A stretch of 64,000 bases of DNA. Origin: Patescibacteria group bacterium (lineage in GTDB: Bacteria > Patescibacteriota > Microgenomatia > UBA1400 > PJMF01). Shown here in pieces: positions 30,578 to 40,560 of this stretch. The notes under the pieces are model-generated. The model was not told the origin of the DNA. It saw only the letters and a list, made by a program, of their open reading frames with translations, and searched no databases. The translations under genes and the position numbers were made by a program. Numbering within the stretch: the first letter of the stretch is position 1; every line of letters starts with the position of its first letter. The stretch lies in the NCBI GenBank assembly GCA_045541795.1, contig JAZQJV010000010.1:72333-136332 (forward strand), given 5' to 3'.

Positions 30578-31495
30578 TCAAATCGCCACCTGCTTGCCCC
30601 AGCGTCTCGTCAAAAATCTAGTAGCCGCTAGTTTTTCTACCGGGGACCCATGACGCCACAGCCTCCAGGCTAGACGCAAAGTCCGCAGCTTTTCGCGCCA
30701 CTGGCCATAAGTAAAAAAGAAAAGAAGACGATTGCGCGTCTGGTAAAAAGTCTGTAAGTCACTACCGGCGCCGGCCGTAGAACTGCCGTTTTTGTGCCAA
30801 ATCACCGCCTCGGGCACCCAGCCGATCTGGAAACCATGAGCCACCAGCCGTCTGCTCAAATCACAATCCTCAAAGTAAAGAAAATAGCGTTCATCAAAAA
30901 CGCCCACACTTGCTAGGACTTCACGCCTGATCAAAAAACAGCAACCAGTGGCAAAATCCACCGTCTTTTCGAGAGAAAACTGTCCTCGATCTACCTCATC
31001 CACGCCGATATGCAGCGTCAACAAATTATTCCAGTCGATACTGCCACCCGCATACCAGATCACTTTGCCTTGATCTGCTTGAGCGTAACTGTCTTGATGG
31101 AACTCACAGCCGGGAGCAAAATACATCTTAGGCACAGCCACGCCCCAATCATGATGTCTGGCAAGCGCGCGATAAAGTCTCCCCAAAAATGGCGGATCTA
31201 TCAATGTATCTGAGTTAAGCAGCAAAAAGTAATCCGGATCAAAATCACGGCTAGCCGCCTCAAAGCCTAGATTATTGCCGCCCGTAAAACCCAAATTAGA
31301 GTCAGAACGCACAATCTGCACGTCATGGATAAATTTGTCATCTTTTTTGAGAGAAAACGGCTCTTTGGAGGCATTGTCCACCACGAACACTTTAACGCTC
31401 AAACCAGCATCATCAAGGCTATCCAGCGATGCCAAAGTCGCCCGCGTATCTTCATCGGTATTGTAATGGACTATAATAATCGCCACCTTATCCAT
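30578..31495 (-). CDS. Glycosyltransferase family 2
   Basis: VVDNAS, NLGFTGGNN, LLNSD, FDERYFLYFEDCD. Confidence 0.92.
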   Translation of the reverse strand: MDKVAIIIVHYNTDEDTRATLASLDSLDDAGLSVKVFVVDNASKEPFSLKKDDKFIHDVQIVRSDSNLGFTGGNNLGFEAASRDFDPDYFLLLNSDTLIDPPFLGRLYRALARHHDWGVAVPKMYFAPGCEFHQDSYAQADQGKVIWYAGGSIDWNNLLTLHIGVDEVDRGQFSLEKTVDFATGCCFLIRREVLASVGVFDERYFLYFEDCDLSRRLVAHGFQIGWVPEAVIWHKNGSSTAGAGSDLQTFYQTRNRLLFFFTYGQWREKLRTLRLAWRLWRHGSPVEKLAATRFLTRRWGKQVAI

Positions 31496-31503
31496 TTTGC
31501 CCT

Positions 31504-32790
31504 CTAAGCCTTCATTTTCGGCCTTATTTCTTCAAAACCGACATACGGCACTAATACTTCCGGCACCCGGATACTACCATCTTCTTGCTGATAGTTTTCG
31601 ATGATACAGGCCAGCAGGCGCGGCGATGCTGCCATGGTGTTATTGAGCGTGTAGACAAATTTAGTCTGACCGTCACGGTCTTTATAGCGGATACCCAGGC
31701 GGATCGCTTGGAAATCATTAAAGTAACTGGCCGAATGCGTCTCACGATAACGGTCTTGACCCGGAAACCAGCTTTCAATGTCGTATTTTTTGCGCTGGCC
31801 AGCCCCAATGTCTCCCGTACACATGAGCAATACCTGATAAGCAATGCCGAGATTTTGCAGTAATTTTTCCGAATAACCCAGCATCTTTTGGTGCCAACGG
31901 CGAGTTTCCTCTTCATCAGCCACCGTATAAACTACTTGCTCGATCTTATTAAATTGATGTACCCGCACAATTCCCTGGGTATCCTTACCATAAGTGCCCA
32001 CTTCCCGGCGGAAACAAGGCGAAATACCCGCCATCTTGATCGGCAAATCCTTATAACTAAGTGTCTCACCTTGATAATAACTCGTCAGTGCCACCTCAGC
32101 CGTACCCGCCAAAATTTGCTCATCTTGAGTGTAGTAATGATCTTGTTGCCCCCATGGGAAATAGCCGGTGCCCACCATCGCCTCACGATGGACGAGTGAC
32201 GGCGCGCTCATCGGCGTAAAACCTTCTTTTACCAGCAATCCCAAGGCATAATTAAGCAACGCTTGTTCCAGCAGTACGGCTTCATTTTTGAGCATATAAG
32301 TGCGGAAACCGCCAATTTTCACGGCCCGTTTGGTATCCAGCAAATCAAGTGCTTCCATCAGTTCGCCGTGCGCTTTCGGTTTGAAAGTAAAATTTGGTTT
32401 CGTCCCTTCCTGGCGAACCACTTGGTTACCGCTTTCATCTGGACCCACCGGCACATCATCAGCCGGTACATTGGGGATCGCCAAACTCGCTTCATCCAGC
32501 TGCGACTTTGCCGCTGCTAGCTGTTCTTCTAATTGCTTGAGTTGAGTCTTAAGCTGCTTCCCCCTGGCCACGAGTTCTGGCGACGGTTTTTTATTATCTT
32601 GAACTTGTGCCTTTATTTCATCTACATTTTGATTGATAGATGAGCGTAATTTCTCAGTTTGAGTAAGAATTGTCCTCCAATTCTTATCGGCTTTCAACCA
32701 CTCATCCACGACTACGGGATCAAGTTGTTTATTGCTCGCCGCCCGGCGGACAAGATCTGGATTTTCACGGATAAATTCACTTTTAAGCAT
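31504..32790 (-). CDS. serS: Seryl-tRNA synthetase
   Basis: GTAEV, CFRREVG..GKDTQGIVRVHQFNKIEQ, TLNNT. Confidence 0.97.
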   Translation of the reverse strand: MLKSEFIRENPDLVRRAASNKQLDPVVVDEWLKADKNWRTILTQTEKLRSSINQNVDEIKAQVQDNKKPSPELVARGKQLKTQLKQLEEQLAAAKSQLDEASLAIPNVPADDVPVGPDESGNQVVRQEGTKPNFTFKPKAHGELMEALDLLDTKRAVKIGGFRTYMLKNEAVLLEQALLNYALGLLVKEGFTPMSAPSLVHREAMVGTGYFPWGQQDHYYTQDEQILAGTAEVALTSYYQGETLSYKDLPIKMAGISPCFRREVGTYGKDTQGIVRVHQFNKIEQVVYTVADEEETRRWHQKMLGYSEKLLQNLGIAYQVLLMCTGDIGAGQRKKYDIESWFPGQDRYRETHSASYFNDFQAIRLGIRYKDRDGQTKFVYTLNNTMAASPRLLACIIENYQQEDGSIRVPEVLVPYVGFEEIRPKMKA

Positions 32791-34270
32791 TTTGCTCCTT
32801 TGGCATGTCCTTAGTAGCTTTGAGAGTGGGGAAGGCGATCACTTCTTTGATCGACCAAGTATTGGTCAAAAGCATCACTAGCCGGTCTATGCCCAGGCCA
32901 ACTCCGCCCAAGGGCGGCATCCCGTATTCCATCGCTTCCAAAAAATCTTCATCATAAGGCTGAGCTTCATCATCGCCAGCACGCATCCGCTTCTGCTCAT
33001 TTTCAAAACGAGAGCGTTGCTCCAGCGGATCAGTAATCTCGCTCCAGCCGTCAGAAATTTCCTTACCGCCGATATAAAGTTCATAACGTTCTGTGAGTTC
33101 TGGATTATCACGATGAGTTTTCGCCAGTGGCGAGACGTCTTTGGGATAATCAATGATCCAGGTGGGTTCGATCAAAAGCTTAGTCACCAGATGATCAAAA
33201 AGCGAAAACACGGCCTTGCCGCGGCTAAAACCGCCCACCGGAGACAAATTGTTATCATCCAACCATTGTTGCAGCTCGTCATCGGTCATTTGATCTACAT
33301 CCAAGCCGACGCATTCCAAAAGCGCCGTCTTCATGGTCATTTTTTTCCAGGGCTGCTCACCGTCGAGTTCCACTTGCTGCTCGCCGATCATTAGAGTAGG
33401 GGAGTCATTGATTTGGCGATGCAGATAGCGGATCAACCCTTCCACCTCACTCATCATCACCGTATAATCAGACCAGGCATGATACCACTCGATCATCGTA
33501 AATTCTGGCAAATGAGTTTGATCAATCCCTTCATTACGGAAATTACGTGCAATCTCAAAAACCTTCTCCATTCCGCCCACAATTAATCTTTTGAGGTATA
33601 ATTCAGGAGCGATACGCAAATAAAATAATTCATCATCCAAGGCCTTCATGTGTGTCACAAACGGCCTCGCATTGGTACCGCCATATAAAGGCTGCAATAT
33701 CGGCGTTTCTACCTCTGTATAGCCGAGATTATCTTGTAAATAAGTACGCACACCTTTGATGATCTGCCAGCGTTTTTGTAAAATCCCCCAAGACTTACTA
33801 TTGATCAAAAGATCCAAATAGCGCTGACGGAAACGGCTTTCTTTATCAGAAGCATTATTAAATGCCGACGGCAAAGGCCGCAATGCCTTACCTAAAAACT
33901 CTGTCTGCTGGGCGATGATTGTCACCTCGCCAGTGCGCGTTTTTTCGACCTTACCCGCCACACCCAAAAAATCACCAGGATCAGCCAGTTCGAGGATTTT
34001 ATATGCCTCACTGCCCAACCTATCCACATGACACATTACCTGGATCTTGGCTGATTCATCGCCTAAATCTAAAAAAATCACTTTGCCGTGTTCACGCAAA
34101 GCGAAAATCCGGCCGGCCGTGCGCACCAGCGTCTCAGTGTCAAGCAGTTCCCGACACTGTGCAACCGTGTGAGTTTTATCAAAAATATATGGACTAACAT
34201 TGACCCCTAATGACTCCAGCTCTTCCCGCTTCGCTTTCTTTGCACTGATTGTTTGCTCTATTCTCGACAT
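32783..34270 (-). CDS. lysS: Lysyl-tRNA synthetase (class II)
   Basis: RFRQRYLDL, YLRIAPELYLKRLIVGG, FRNEG, YGMPP.GG.GLGIDRL. Confidence 0.97.
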   Translation of the reverse strand: MSRIEQTISAKKAKREELESLGVNVSPYIFDKTHTVAQCRELLDTETLVRTAGRIFALREHGKVIFLDLGDESAKIQVMCHVDRLGSEAYKILELADPGDFLGVAGKVEKTRTGEVTIIAQQTEFLGKALRPLPSAFNNASDKESRFRQRYLDLLINSKSWGILQKRWQIIKGVRTYLQDNLGYTEVETPILQPLYGGTNARPFVTHMKALDDELFYLRIAPELYLKRLIVGGMEKVFEIARNFRNEGIDQTHLPEFTMIEWYHAWSDYTVMMSEVEGLIRYLHRQINDSPTLMIGEQQVELDGEQPWKKMTMKTALLECVGLDVDQMTDDELQQWLDDNNLSPVGGFSRGKAVFSLFDHLVTKLLIEPTWIIDYPKDVSPLAKTHRDNPELTERYELYIGGKEISDGWSEITDPLEQRSRFENEQKRMRAGDDEAQPYDEDFLEAMEYGMPPLGGVGLGIDRLVMLLTNTWSIKEVIAFPTLKATKDMPKEQNA

Positions 34271-34358
34271 CTTAAATGCCCCTCAATTCTCAAATTTTCG
34301 TATTTTCTTCGCCTTTTTTACGGATTATTTTCGTATTTATTACGGAAATATTTCGGTT

Positions 34359-34844
34359 TTAATCATTACTGAAATCAACGATTTCAAATTCTCGCACTCC
34401 GGCTGGCGTCTCCACACTGATGGTGGCTTTACCACTTTTCCCCATCAGAGCTTTACCAATTGGTGACACGGCGGAAATCGTATCTCCAGTAGCGGCCGAC
34501 TTATCGTATTCGGCAATAATGGTATAGGTAGCTTTATTGCCGCCTTTTGCCTTGAGCGTCACTTTAGAACCGATACGGATCGCATTTTCGTCTTCTTCTT
34601 CATCCACGATCTGCGCACTACCCAAAATCTTATTGATCTCACCAATGCGGACTTCCAAAAATTCCTGTTGATCTTTCGCGTCTTTATACTCACTATTTTC
34701 AGACAAATCACCTTGTTCACGCGCGTGAGCGATCCGCTCTACCACTGCTGGCAGTTGCACTTCTTCTAGATCATGCAACTCGGCGATCAAATTGTCATAG
34801 CTTTTTTTTGAGAGTTGAGTTTTTTTCGTTTGTTTTGCTTTCAT
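34359..34844 (-). CDS. greA: Transcription elongation factor GreA
   Basis: AREQGDLSENSEY, ISAVSPIGKAL. Confidence 0.96.
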   Translation of the reverse strand: MKAKQTKKTQLSKKSYDNLIAELHDLEEVQLPAVVERIAHAREQGDLSENSEYKDAKDQQEFLEVRIGEINKILGSAQIVDEEEDENAIRIGSKVTLKAKGGNKATYTIIAEYDKSAATGDTISAVSPIGKALMGKSGKATISVETPAGVREFEIVDFSND

Positions 34845-34905
34845 AAGACCTCTATTATACCACCAAAAAAGGCATTTTTCCCGGGCAATTTTTGGCTCGT
34901 TGTCC

Positions 34906-34934
34906 TTGACAAGGTTTCATTTTTGAGCTAAAAT
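34906..34934 (+). promoter_or_regulatory. Promoter of the pil operon (likely leaderless)
   Basis: TTGACA-17-TAAAAT, 6 nt upstream of ATG 34941. Confidence 0.75.
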
Positions 34935-34940
34935 GGAAAT

Positions 34941-35726
34941 ATGAAGACCCAAAAAGGACGACAACCGGCACAAATCGGGATGACTACTGTCCTTTTATCG
35001 GTAATCCTTCTTTTTATCGGGATCTCAGTTTCTTGGCGGATCATCCAGCAAACTCGCCAGGAACTAACCCGCATGGAATCCACTACTGCGCTCAACGTGG
35101 CGGAAAATATCGCCAATATTGAAGGTAGGGACACAGATAAAGAAAGTGGTCTTGGCAGCAACAGCGCTGTCAAATATATCGCCGCCACCGAAGATATGGT
35201 GTACATGAAAAAGGGAGAAACGATTACCGTAATTATTGATGACCAAAATGTTAGTGGCGGTATTCTCATATCAGGGCACTTACCAAATATTTATTACGGC
35301 CAACCAGGTATTTCGCCCAAACTTTTAATTAGAAGAATTAGATCGTGCTATAACAATGCCACTAGCAAAGACCTTCTTTCAACGAGTGTGCAGCAAGTGT
35401 ATGGACCTCCTGGTAGTTTTTCTTGTTCTGGCAGCACTAGTGGTATGTGTGGGAATGGTTTTACCAACTACTATCAACCTACTGCACTCGACGTCAAAGC
35501 TCCAGGGTATGAATCAAGCAGTTGCCCTTATCGTGAAGACCGTGTCGTCATCATGATGCTCGAAGCCGACTCTTACATCGGCATGAAAGGTCTCGCCCGC
35601 CATTACCGTGCCGCCTCTTACTCCAGCGAAAATGAAGCCCGTATCATCGAGCAAGCTGAAACCGATCCCTCTGCTCCCGGGCTTTTCCAATTCGGCATTT
35701 TGGTCAACGGTGACATTAGTTATTAA
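34941..35726 (+). CDS. PilX-like minor pilin
   Basis: Basic leader, G|M cleavage-like site (QIG-MTTVLL), hydrophobic helix, ES..A...AE motif; first gene of the pilMNO cluster. Confidence 0.65.
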   Translation: MKTQKGRQPAQIGMTTVLLSVILLFIGISVSWRIIQQTRQELTRMESTTALNVAENIANIEGRDTDKESGLGSNSAVKYIAATEDMVYMKKGETITVIIDDQNVSGGILISGHLPNIYYGQPGISPKLLIRRIRSCYNNATSKDLLSTSVQQVYGPPGSFSCSGSTSGMCGNGFTNYYQPTALDVKAPGYESSSCPYREDRVVIMMLEADSYIGMKGLARHYRAASYSSENEARIIEQAETDPSAPGLFQFGILVNGDISY

Positions 35727-35759
35727 GGAAGAAAAACTAAACAACACAAGGAAAAAATT

Positions 35760-36818
35760 ATGCCAAATCAACCAAAAATATCAATGCCTCGTCTATCAAA
35801 TAAGTCCCAGATCCCCGTGGTAGCCGTAGATCTTGGCAGCAATCTCATAAAAATTGCTGTCACCGGCTCACAAGGAGAAATCGTACAAACTCTCACTGCT
35901 GTCAACACCCTCGGCTACACTGTCCCTTCCAAAACTACCCAGATAGAACCGCTCGCCGCCATGCTCAAAGATATTTTTGACACCAATCACTTGCCAAAAA
36001 CCAATCTCGCTCTGGCCATGCCGGAGCAATTCGTCTCCACTCAAGTGATCTCTATCCCCACTCTCACCGATTCGGAGCTTGCTTCCTCTATCAACTGGCA
36101 GGCCCAACAATACATCCCGATCCCAGCCGAGCAACTCGTACTCAATTACCAGGTCCTTTTCCGCCCTGAAAAAAAAGATGCCGCCACCCAAGAAATGCGG
36201 ATCCTACTGGCGGGTCTCAAAAAAGACGACTTTGACAATCTCACCGCCACTTACAAGCAAGCAGGACTCGAACCAACAGTGCTCGAGACCGAAAGCATTT
36301 CTATCCTCCGTCACTTACCAGGCGACCTCGCTCCCGATTCCTCTAGCATGATCCTCAACTTTGGCGCCGGCGGGATAGACATCGTGATCGTGCGCGGCAG
36401 CGAAATTGCCATGGCTATTTCGCACCAGACAGGCAGTCTCATGATCACCAGAGCACTCATGAATACCTTCAATCTCACCTATGACAAAGCCGAAGAATAC
36501 AAAAAAGCTTACGGTCTTGACGCCAGACAAGCTGAGGGCAAAATCGCCCAAGCCATCGTTCCCATCATCCAGACAATTTTGGGTGACATCAAAAATACGC
36601 TCACTTTTTATAATCAAAAAAATCCTGCACAAGCGATCAATCGCATCTTTTTAGGCGGCGGCGGTTCGCAAATGCCTGGCTTCCCCGAATTACTCGCTGC
36701 CAACCTCAACCTTGAAATTAGAGCCTTAAATGTATTTGACGGCCTCACCGGCGAAATCCCAGCCGAAAACCAATTAATCCACACCATCACTAGTGGCTTG
36801 ATCAAAAGAAAGCAGTAA
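35760..36818 (+). CDS. pilM: Type IV pilus assembly ATPase-fold protein PilM
   Basis: VAVDLGSNLIK, QAQQYIPIP, LNFGAGG, IFLGGGGSQMPG (actin-like). Confidence 0.92.
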   Translation: MPNQPKISMPRLSNKSQIPVVAVDLGSNLIKIAVTGSQGEIVQTLTAVNTLGYTVPSKTTQIEPLAAMLKDIFDTNHLPKTNLALAMPEQFVSTQVISIPTLTDSELASSINWQAQQYIPIPAEQLVLNYQVLFRPEKKDAATQEMRILLAGLKKDDFDNLTATYKQAGLEPTVLETESISILRHLPGDLAPDSSSMILNFGAGGIDIVIVRGSEIAMAISHQTGSLMITRALMNTFNLTYDKAEEYKKAYGLDARQAEGKIAQAIVPIIQTILGDIKNTLTFYNQKNPAQAINRIFLGGGGSQMPGFPELLAANLNLEIRALNVFDGLTGEIPAENQLIHTITSGLIKRKQ

Positions 36819-37453
36819 TGTCTGATATTAATTTTCTAGCTAAACAGCAAGAAATTCATGAATCTCGGGTAGAAGTGGATCGCAAAGCCACTTGGTGGTT
36901 AATCGCCCTGATCGCCGTCACCGCTATAGTCTGGGGCACGGCTTGGGGCTTCAATTATTATTTCCGCACGCGCATTACCAGCGCCAATAAGCAAACTGAG
37001 CAAATCAAAGCCGCTATCGCGGCCAACGCCAACAGCGAGCAAGAATACCTAAACTTTTACGAAAAAATCGAGCGCTTGCGCGAGTTGCTTGATTTACGTC
37101 AGGGCGGTACTGATTCCATCGTCTACACATACGCTTATTTTGGTCAAAATCCCGCCCACAATAGCACTCTCATTAGTACTTCATATGAGTATAATTCCAA
37201 AGAACTGCAAGTAGTAATCGGCTGTAGCAATGTTTTTTGCGTCTCAGACATCCTCAAGCTCATCAATAATGATAATTTCCAAAAAACCTACCCTCAGCAC
37301 CTGATCGCCGGGTTATCGCGTACAGATACCGGCAGCTATCAAATCACTTTGAATATCACTCTGCAGGGGGGGGTAATACAAGACACCACAGACGATCAAG
37401 CGAAGGAGGAGGGACTTAGCGATTATTCACAAGAATTTGTCGGAGACACTTGA
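36818..37453 (+). CDS. pilN: PilN-like pilus alignment protein
   Basis: N-terminal INFL motif (INLL-like), TM, coiled coil; follows pilM. Confidence 0.75.
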   Translation: MSDINFLAKQQEIHESRVEVDRKATWWLIALIAVTAIVWGTAWGFNYYFRTRITSANKQTEQIKAAIAANANSEQEYLNFYEKIERLRELLDLRQGGTDSIVYTYAYFGQNPAHNSTLISTSYEYNSKELQVVIGCSNVFCVSDILKLINNDNFQKTYPQHLIAGLSRTDTGSYQITLNITLQGGVIQDTTDDQAKEEGLSDYSQEFVGDT

Positions 37454-37455
37454 TT

Positions 37456-38505
37456 ATGGCAAATACAGACACACTCAAGCAAAAACTAACTCTTGATATG
37501 AGCATTCCTGGCGTAGACGAACGTCAACTGCCTACCAATCAATTTTTGATTTTCTCGATCGTCTTTGTTGCGATTTATTTCATGGTAGTTTTTTACTTTA
37601 TTTACCCCGAAGTCAAAAAAATCCGCTCTACATACAACCGTATGACTAGGGCCGAGGCGGAATTAGATAAGTACCAAGCCCGCCGCAAAAAAGTCACTGA
37701 AATCCTCAATAACGAATATTATTCTGATGAAATGGTAGAAACTATCGACGGTATCTTGTATGACTCCAATCCTTATCTGGAAGTCTTACTCTCTATCAAC
37801 GAGTTGGCCGAGCAATACAATCTCAAAGTCTCCAACCTTGAATATTCGCCTGGTATCGTGGCTACGCCGTCCGCCGAGCTCGCCTCCCGCATGGAAGAAA
37901 ATTACCCCATCAAATTTAATCTCACCGGCACTTACGGCAATATCGCTCTTTTCTTAAAAGAACTTGAAATGCACGCGCCTTTTAATTCTGTCTCCAGCGT
38001 CAAGCTTTCCAATAACCTAGAAATGGGATCTGCCAGCGCCCAGGTAGAAATTCTGGCCCAATATCATTTACCAGAAATTTACCTGTCTCAAAAGACCATC
38101 AGTGCCGATCAAGCCCTACCGGAGATCGCCTACCCGCAACAAGAGGCGCTCGCCACCCTGCAAAAAATGATCCGCAAAAATTTTGGCCTCTCCCAAATGA
38201 CTCTGGCGGAAACCAGCCCCAAACTTAATCTTTTTGCTCTTGACGATCTCGGCATCACACTCGCCAGCGAGCAGGAAACCAACAAATATTATTATGATCC
38301 TACCTCTGGTGACATCTTCACTTATACGGACGCTGGCGTGCCCATCGTCATCTCTCCCGAAAACCTCCCGCCAGATACGCCGCTCTATCAAGAAATTATG
38401 GGACAAGTGGCGCCAACATCGGAAACCTACATCCAGCTTGACGAAAACGGCAATCAGGAAGCAGAAATAATCTATGCCCAGCCCGTGCCCATCACAGCCG
38501 AGTAG
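37456..38505 (+). CDS. pilO: PilO-like pilus alignment protein
   Basis: TM, coiled coil, FNLTGTYGNIALFLKELE; follows pilN. Confidence 0.75.
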   Translation: MANTDTLKQKLTLDMSIPGVDERQLPTNQFLIFSIVFVAIYFMVVFYFIYPEVKKIRSTYNRMTRAEAELDKYQARRKKVTEILNNEYYSDEMVETIDGILYDSNPYLEVLLSINELAEQYNLKVSNLEYSPGIVATPSAELASRMEENYPIKFNLTGTYGNIALFLKELEMHAPFNSVSSVKLSNNLEMGSASAQVEILAQYHLPEIYLSQKTISADQALPEIAYPQQEALATLQKMIRKNFGLSQMTLAETSPKLNLFALDDLGITLASEQETNKYYYDPTSGDIFTYTDAGVPIVISPENLPPDTPLYQEIMGQVAPTSETYIQLDENGNQEAEIIYAQPVPITAE

Positions 38506-38532
38506 AGGAGACTGACAAAATTAAAGCTCATG

Positions 38533-38559
38533 AAAAATGCCCTTATACAGGGCATTTTT
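38533..38559. terminator. Bidirectional terminator between pilO and khpA
   Basis: AAAAATGCCCT-TATAC-AGGGCATTTTT between convergent genes. Confidence 0.8.
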
Positions 38560-38587
38560 AGTGCATAATTCAAACTGTTGCTTTGAT

Positions 38588-38923
38588 TTAAACTAAGTTG
38601 TCATCCAAAGCTTGTTCGTCCACTACGTCTTCCACACTGGAAGTCTCCACAGCGGCGGTTTCTTCGGTCTTTTTTACCGGAGCTTCGTCCTCAGTCAAAA
38701 CGCGTACCATCACCCGTTGATGCTCTTTGATCGCGCGAGCCTTCGCAATGGTGCGGATCGCTTGAATCAAATTACCACGCCGACCAATAATGCGGCCGTA
38801 ATCTTCAGCGTTGGCAGTCACGGAATACACCGTCACGCCCTCATTATCCTCACTGACGTCGATCGCAATGTCATCGGGATGATTGGCCAAACTCTTCAAG
38901 ATATATTCGATGAGTTCTTTCAT
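38588..38923 (-). CDS. khpA: KH-domain RNA-binding protein KhpA
   Basis: MKELIEYI, DYGRIIGRRG..IQAIRT; downstream of rpsP. Confidence 0.9.
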   Translation of the reverse strand: MKELIEYILKSLANHPDDIAIDVSEDNEGVTVYSVTANAEDYGRIIGRRGNLIQAIRTIAKARAIKEHQRVMVRVLTEDEAPVKKTEETAAVETSSVEDVVDEQALDDNLV

Positions 38924-38988
38924 ATCTTCTTGCCTTCAGCCGATCGAGTCCTGTAAGCGCTCCCAGTCCGACCGACTCTGGTTAATAA

Positions 38989-39387
38989 CTACTTCTCTGC
39001 TGATTCATTCTCAGCAGGCGCTTCTGGTTGATTTGCCTGTGCTTTTTCACTCGCCTCAGCTTCTTTCGCTGCCTGAGCTTGTGCCGCGGCGGCTTCTTGT
39101 TTTGCTTTCGCTTTCCGGCTCAAAGTGGGTTTTTTCTCTGGGAACTTACCACCATCGACAGCAATTTTGTGTAAAAAGTCTACCGTAGCTGTCGGCTGTG
39201 CACCACGAGCGATCCATTCATCATAAGCCTTGAGATCCAATTTAAGCCCCTTAGGAGTGGCTGCCGGGTGATAATAACCCAAATTGGCAATATAACTGCC
39301 ATCACGTTTATCACGCCGTTCATTCACCACGATCCGATAGCGCGGCTCTTTTTTCTTACCCAATCTCGTTAATTTAATTTTTAGCAT
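38989..39387 (-). CDS. rpsP: 30S ribosomal protein S16 (C-terminal extension)
   Basis: MLKIKLTRLGKKKEPRYRIVV...RDG...LGYY...GAQPT. Confidence 0.97.
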   Translation of the reverse strand: MLKIKLTRLGKKKEPRYRIVVNERRDKRDGSYIANLGYYHPAATPKGLKLDLKAYDEWIARGAQPTATVDFLHKIAVDGGKFPEKKPTLSRKAKAKQEAAAAQAQAAKEAEASEKAQANQPEAPAENESAEK

Positions 39388-39430
39388 GTCTGCTTTCTTT
39401 TATCCTGTCAAGATTCCCTATTATACCACA

Positions 39431-40255
39431 TCAAACCGAGGTTTGCACAGGCAATTTCTCATCTACTTCTTCCTCTATAATTCGCGGCCGGGGAGAAACC
39501 TCATAAGCGAGCATCGACTCATCTGTCGCTCCCTCCAGTAGTCCAGCCTTAAAATCCGCCGCGGCAGCCATCACTTTGGCTGCCAATTCATCGTTTTCCA
39601 GCCGCTCCAAGGCAATTTCTGCTGCTTCTTGTTGCGCCTGTTGTTTATTTTTCGCCGAACCTTCAGAAATCACATACGGGCCGATCGCCACCCGCACTGT
39701 AAAATGTTTATTGTGATCTGGCCCAATTTCGTGCAAGACGTCATAAATCGGCGTTTCGTAGCCCAAAGCCTGCACCAATTCCTGGAACAAGCTCTTAGAG
39801 TCCTTATAAGTGCCTTGCTCCATTATTTCTTCAAACTGATTTAAAATCGCCTCATAAATGAATGCTCGCGCCGTTTCAAAACCGCGATCCAGATATAACG
39901 CCCCCAAAATCGCTTCCATCGTGTCTGCTAGCAAAGCCTCATTGTCACGCCCGCCGCTCGCTTCCTCGCCTCGGCTAAGGTAAAGCATTTCCCCCAGCCC
40001 TAGCTCCCGGGCAACGTCACTTAAAGTGGTCGTTTTCACCAGCGTGGAGCGGATCGCTGTCAGCTTTCCTTCTGGCGCATCTGGCAGCTGATTATACAAA
40101 AACTCCGTCGTCACCAATTCCAGCACGGCGTCACCCAAATACTCCAACCGTTCATTGGATTCTCGAGCGGCCGTGGCATGTTCGTTGATGGCGCTGCGGT
40201 GCGTCAAAGCGGTCAAAAGCAAAAGTTTATTTTTGAAATCCGGGATTTGCATCAC
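39431..40255 (-). CDS. rnc: Ribonuclease III
   Basis: ALTHRS, NERLEYLGDAVL, LADTMEA, dsRBD. Confidence 0.97.
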   Translation of the reverse strand: MMQIPDFKNKLLLLTALTHRSAINEHATAARESNERLEYLGDAVLELVTTEFLYNQLPDAPEGKLTAIRSTLVKTTTLSDVARELGLGEMLYLSRGEEASGGRDNEALLADTMEAILGALYLDRGFETARAFIYEAILNQFEEIMEQGTYKDSKSLFQELVQALGYETPIYDVLHEIGPDHNKHFTVRVAIGPYVISEGSAKNKQQAQQEAAEIALERLENDELAAKVMAAAADFKAGLLEGATDESMLAYEVSPRPRIIEEEVDEKLPVQTSV

Positions 40256-40560
40256 CCTAAATCCTTTTCTTCCAGCACCAATTCTAGTAAATCGGCGACA
40301 GTCTGGCCTTCATCATTTTCTAATATCTCCTCATACAAAGACTCGCCGTTGAGCTCGTATTTACCCGCTAACTCATGGGACAGCCGCTTCAAATCATACT
40401 CGGTCAGATTTAAGTCATTATAAAGTTGAGAGTCTTCCCGGATGTCCTCCAGACGGTTACCAGTCGAATCACTCAGTAGGGTACGCAGCTCGCCCAAGAC
40501 TTCCTGCCGCTCAGCCAGTGACGCTTTATCTTCTGGTAATTGACTAATCTCATCCCTCAT
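40252..40560 (-). CDS. Acyl-carrier-protein-like acidic protein lacking the phosphopantetheine serine
   Basis: EDIREDSQLYNDLNLTEYDL...L...Y.L...TVADLLELV aligns to the ACP pattern (DLGADSLD...TV.D); sits directly upstream of rnc. Confidence 0.6.
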   Translation of the reverse strand: MRDEISQLPEDKASLAERQEVLGELRTLLSDSTGNRLEDIREDSQLYNDLNLTEYDLKRLSHELAGKYELNGESLYEEILENDEGQTVADLLELVLEEKDLG

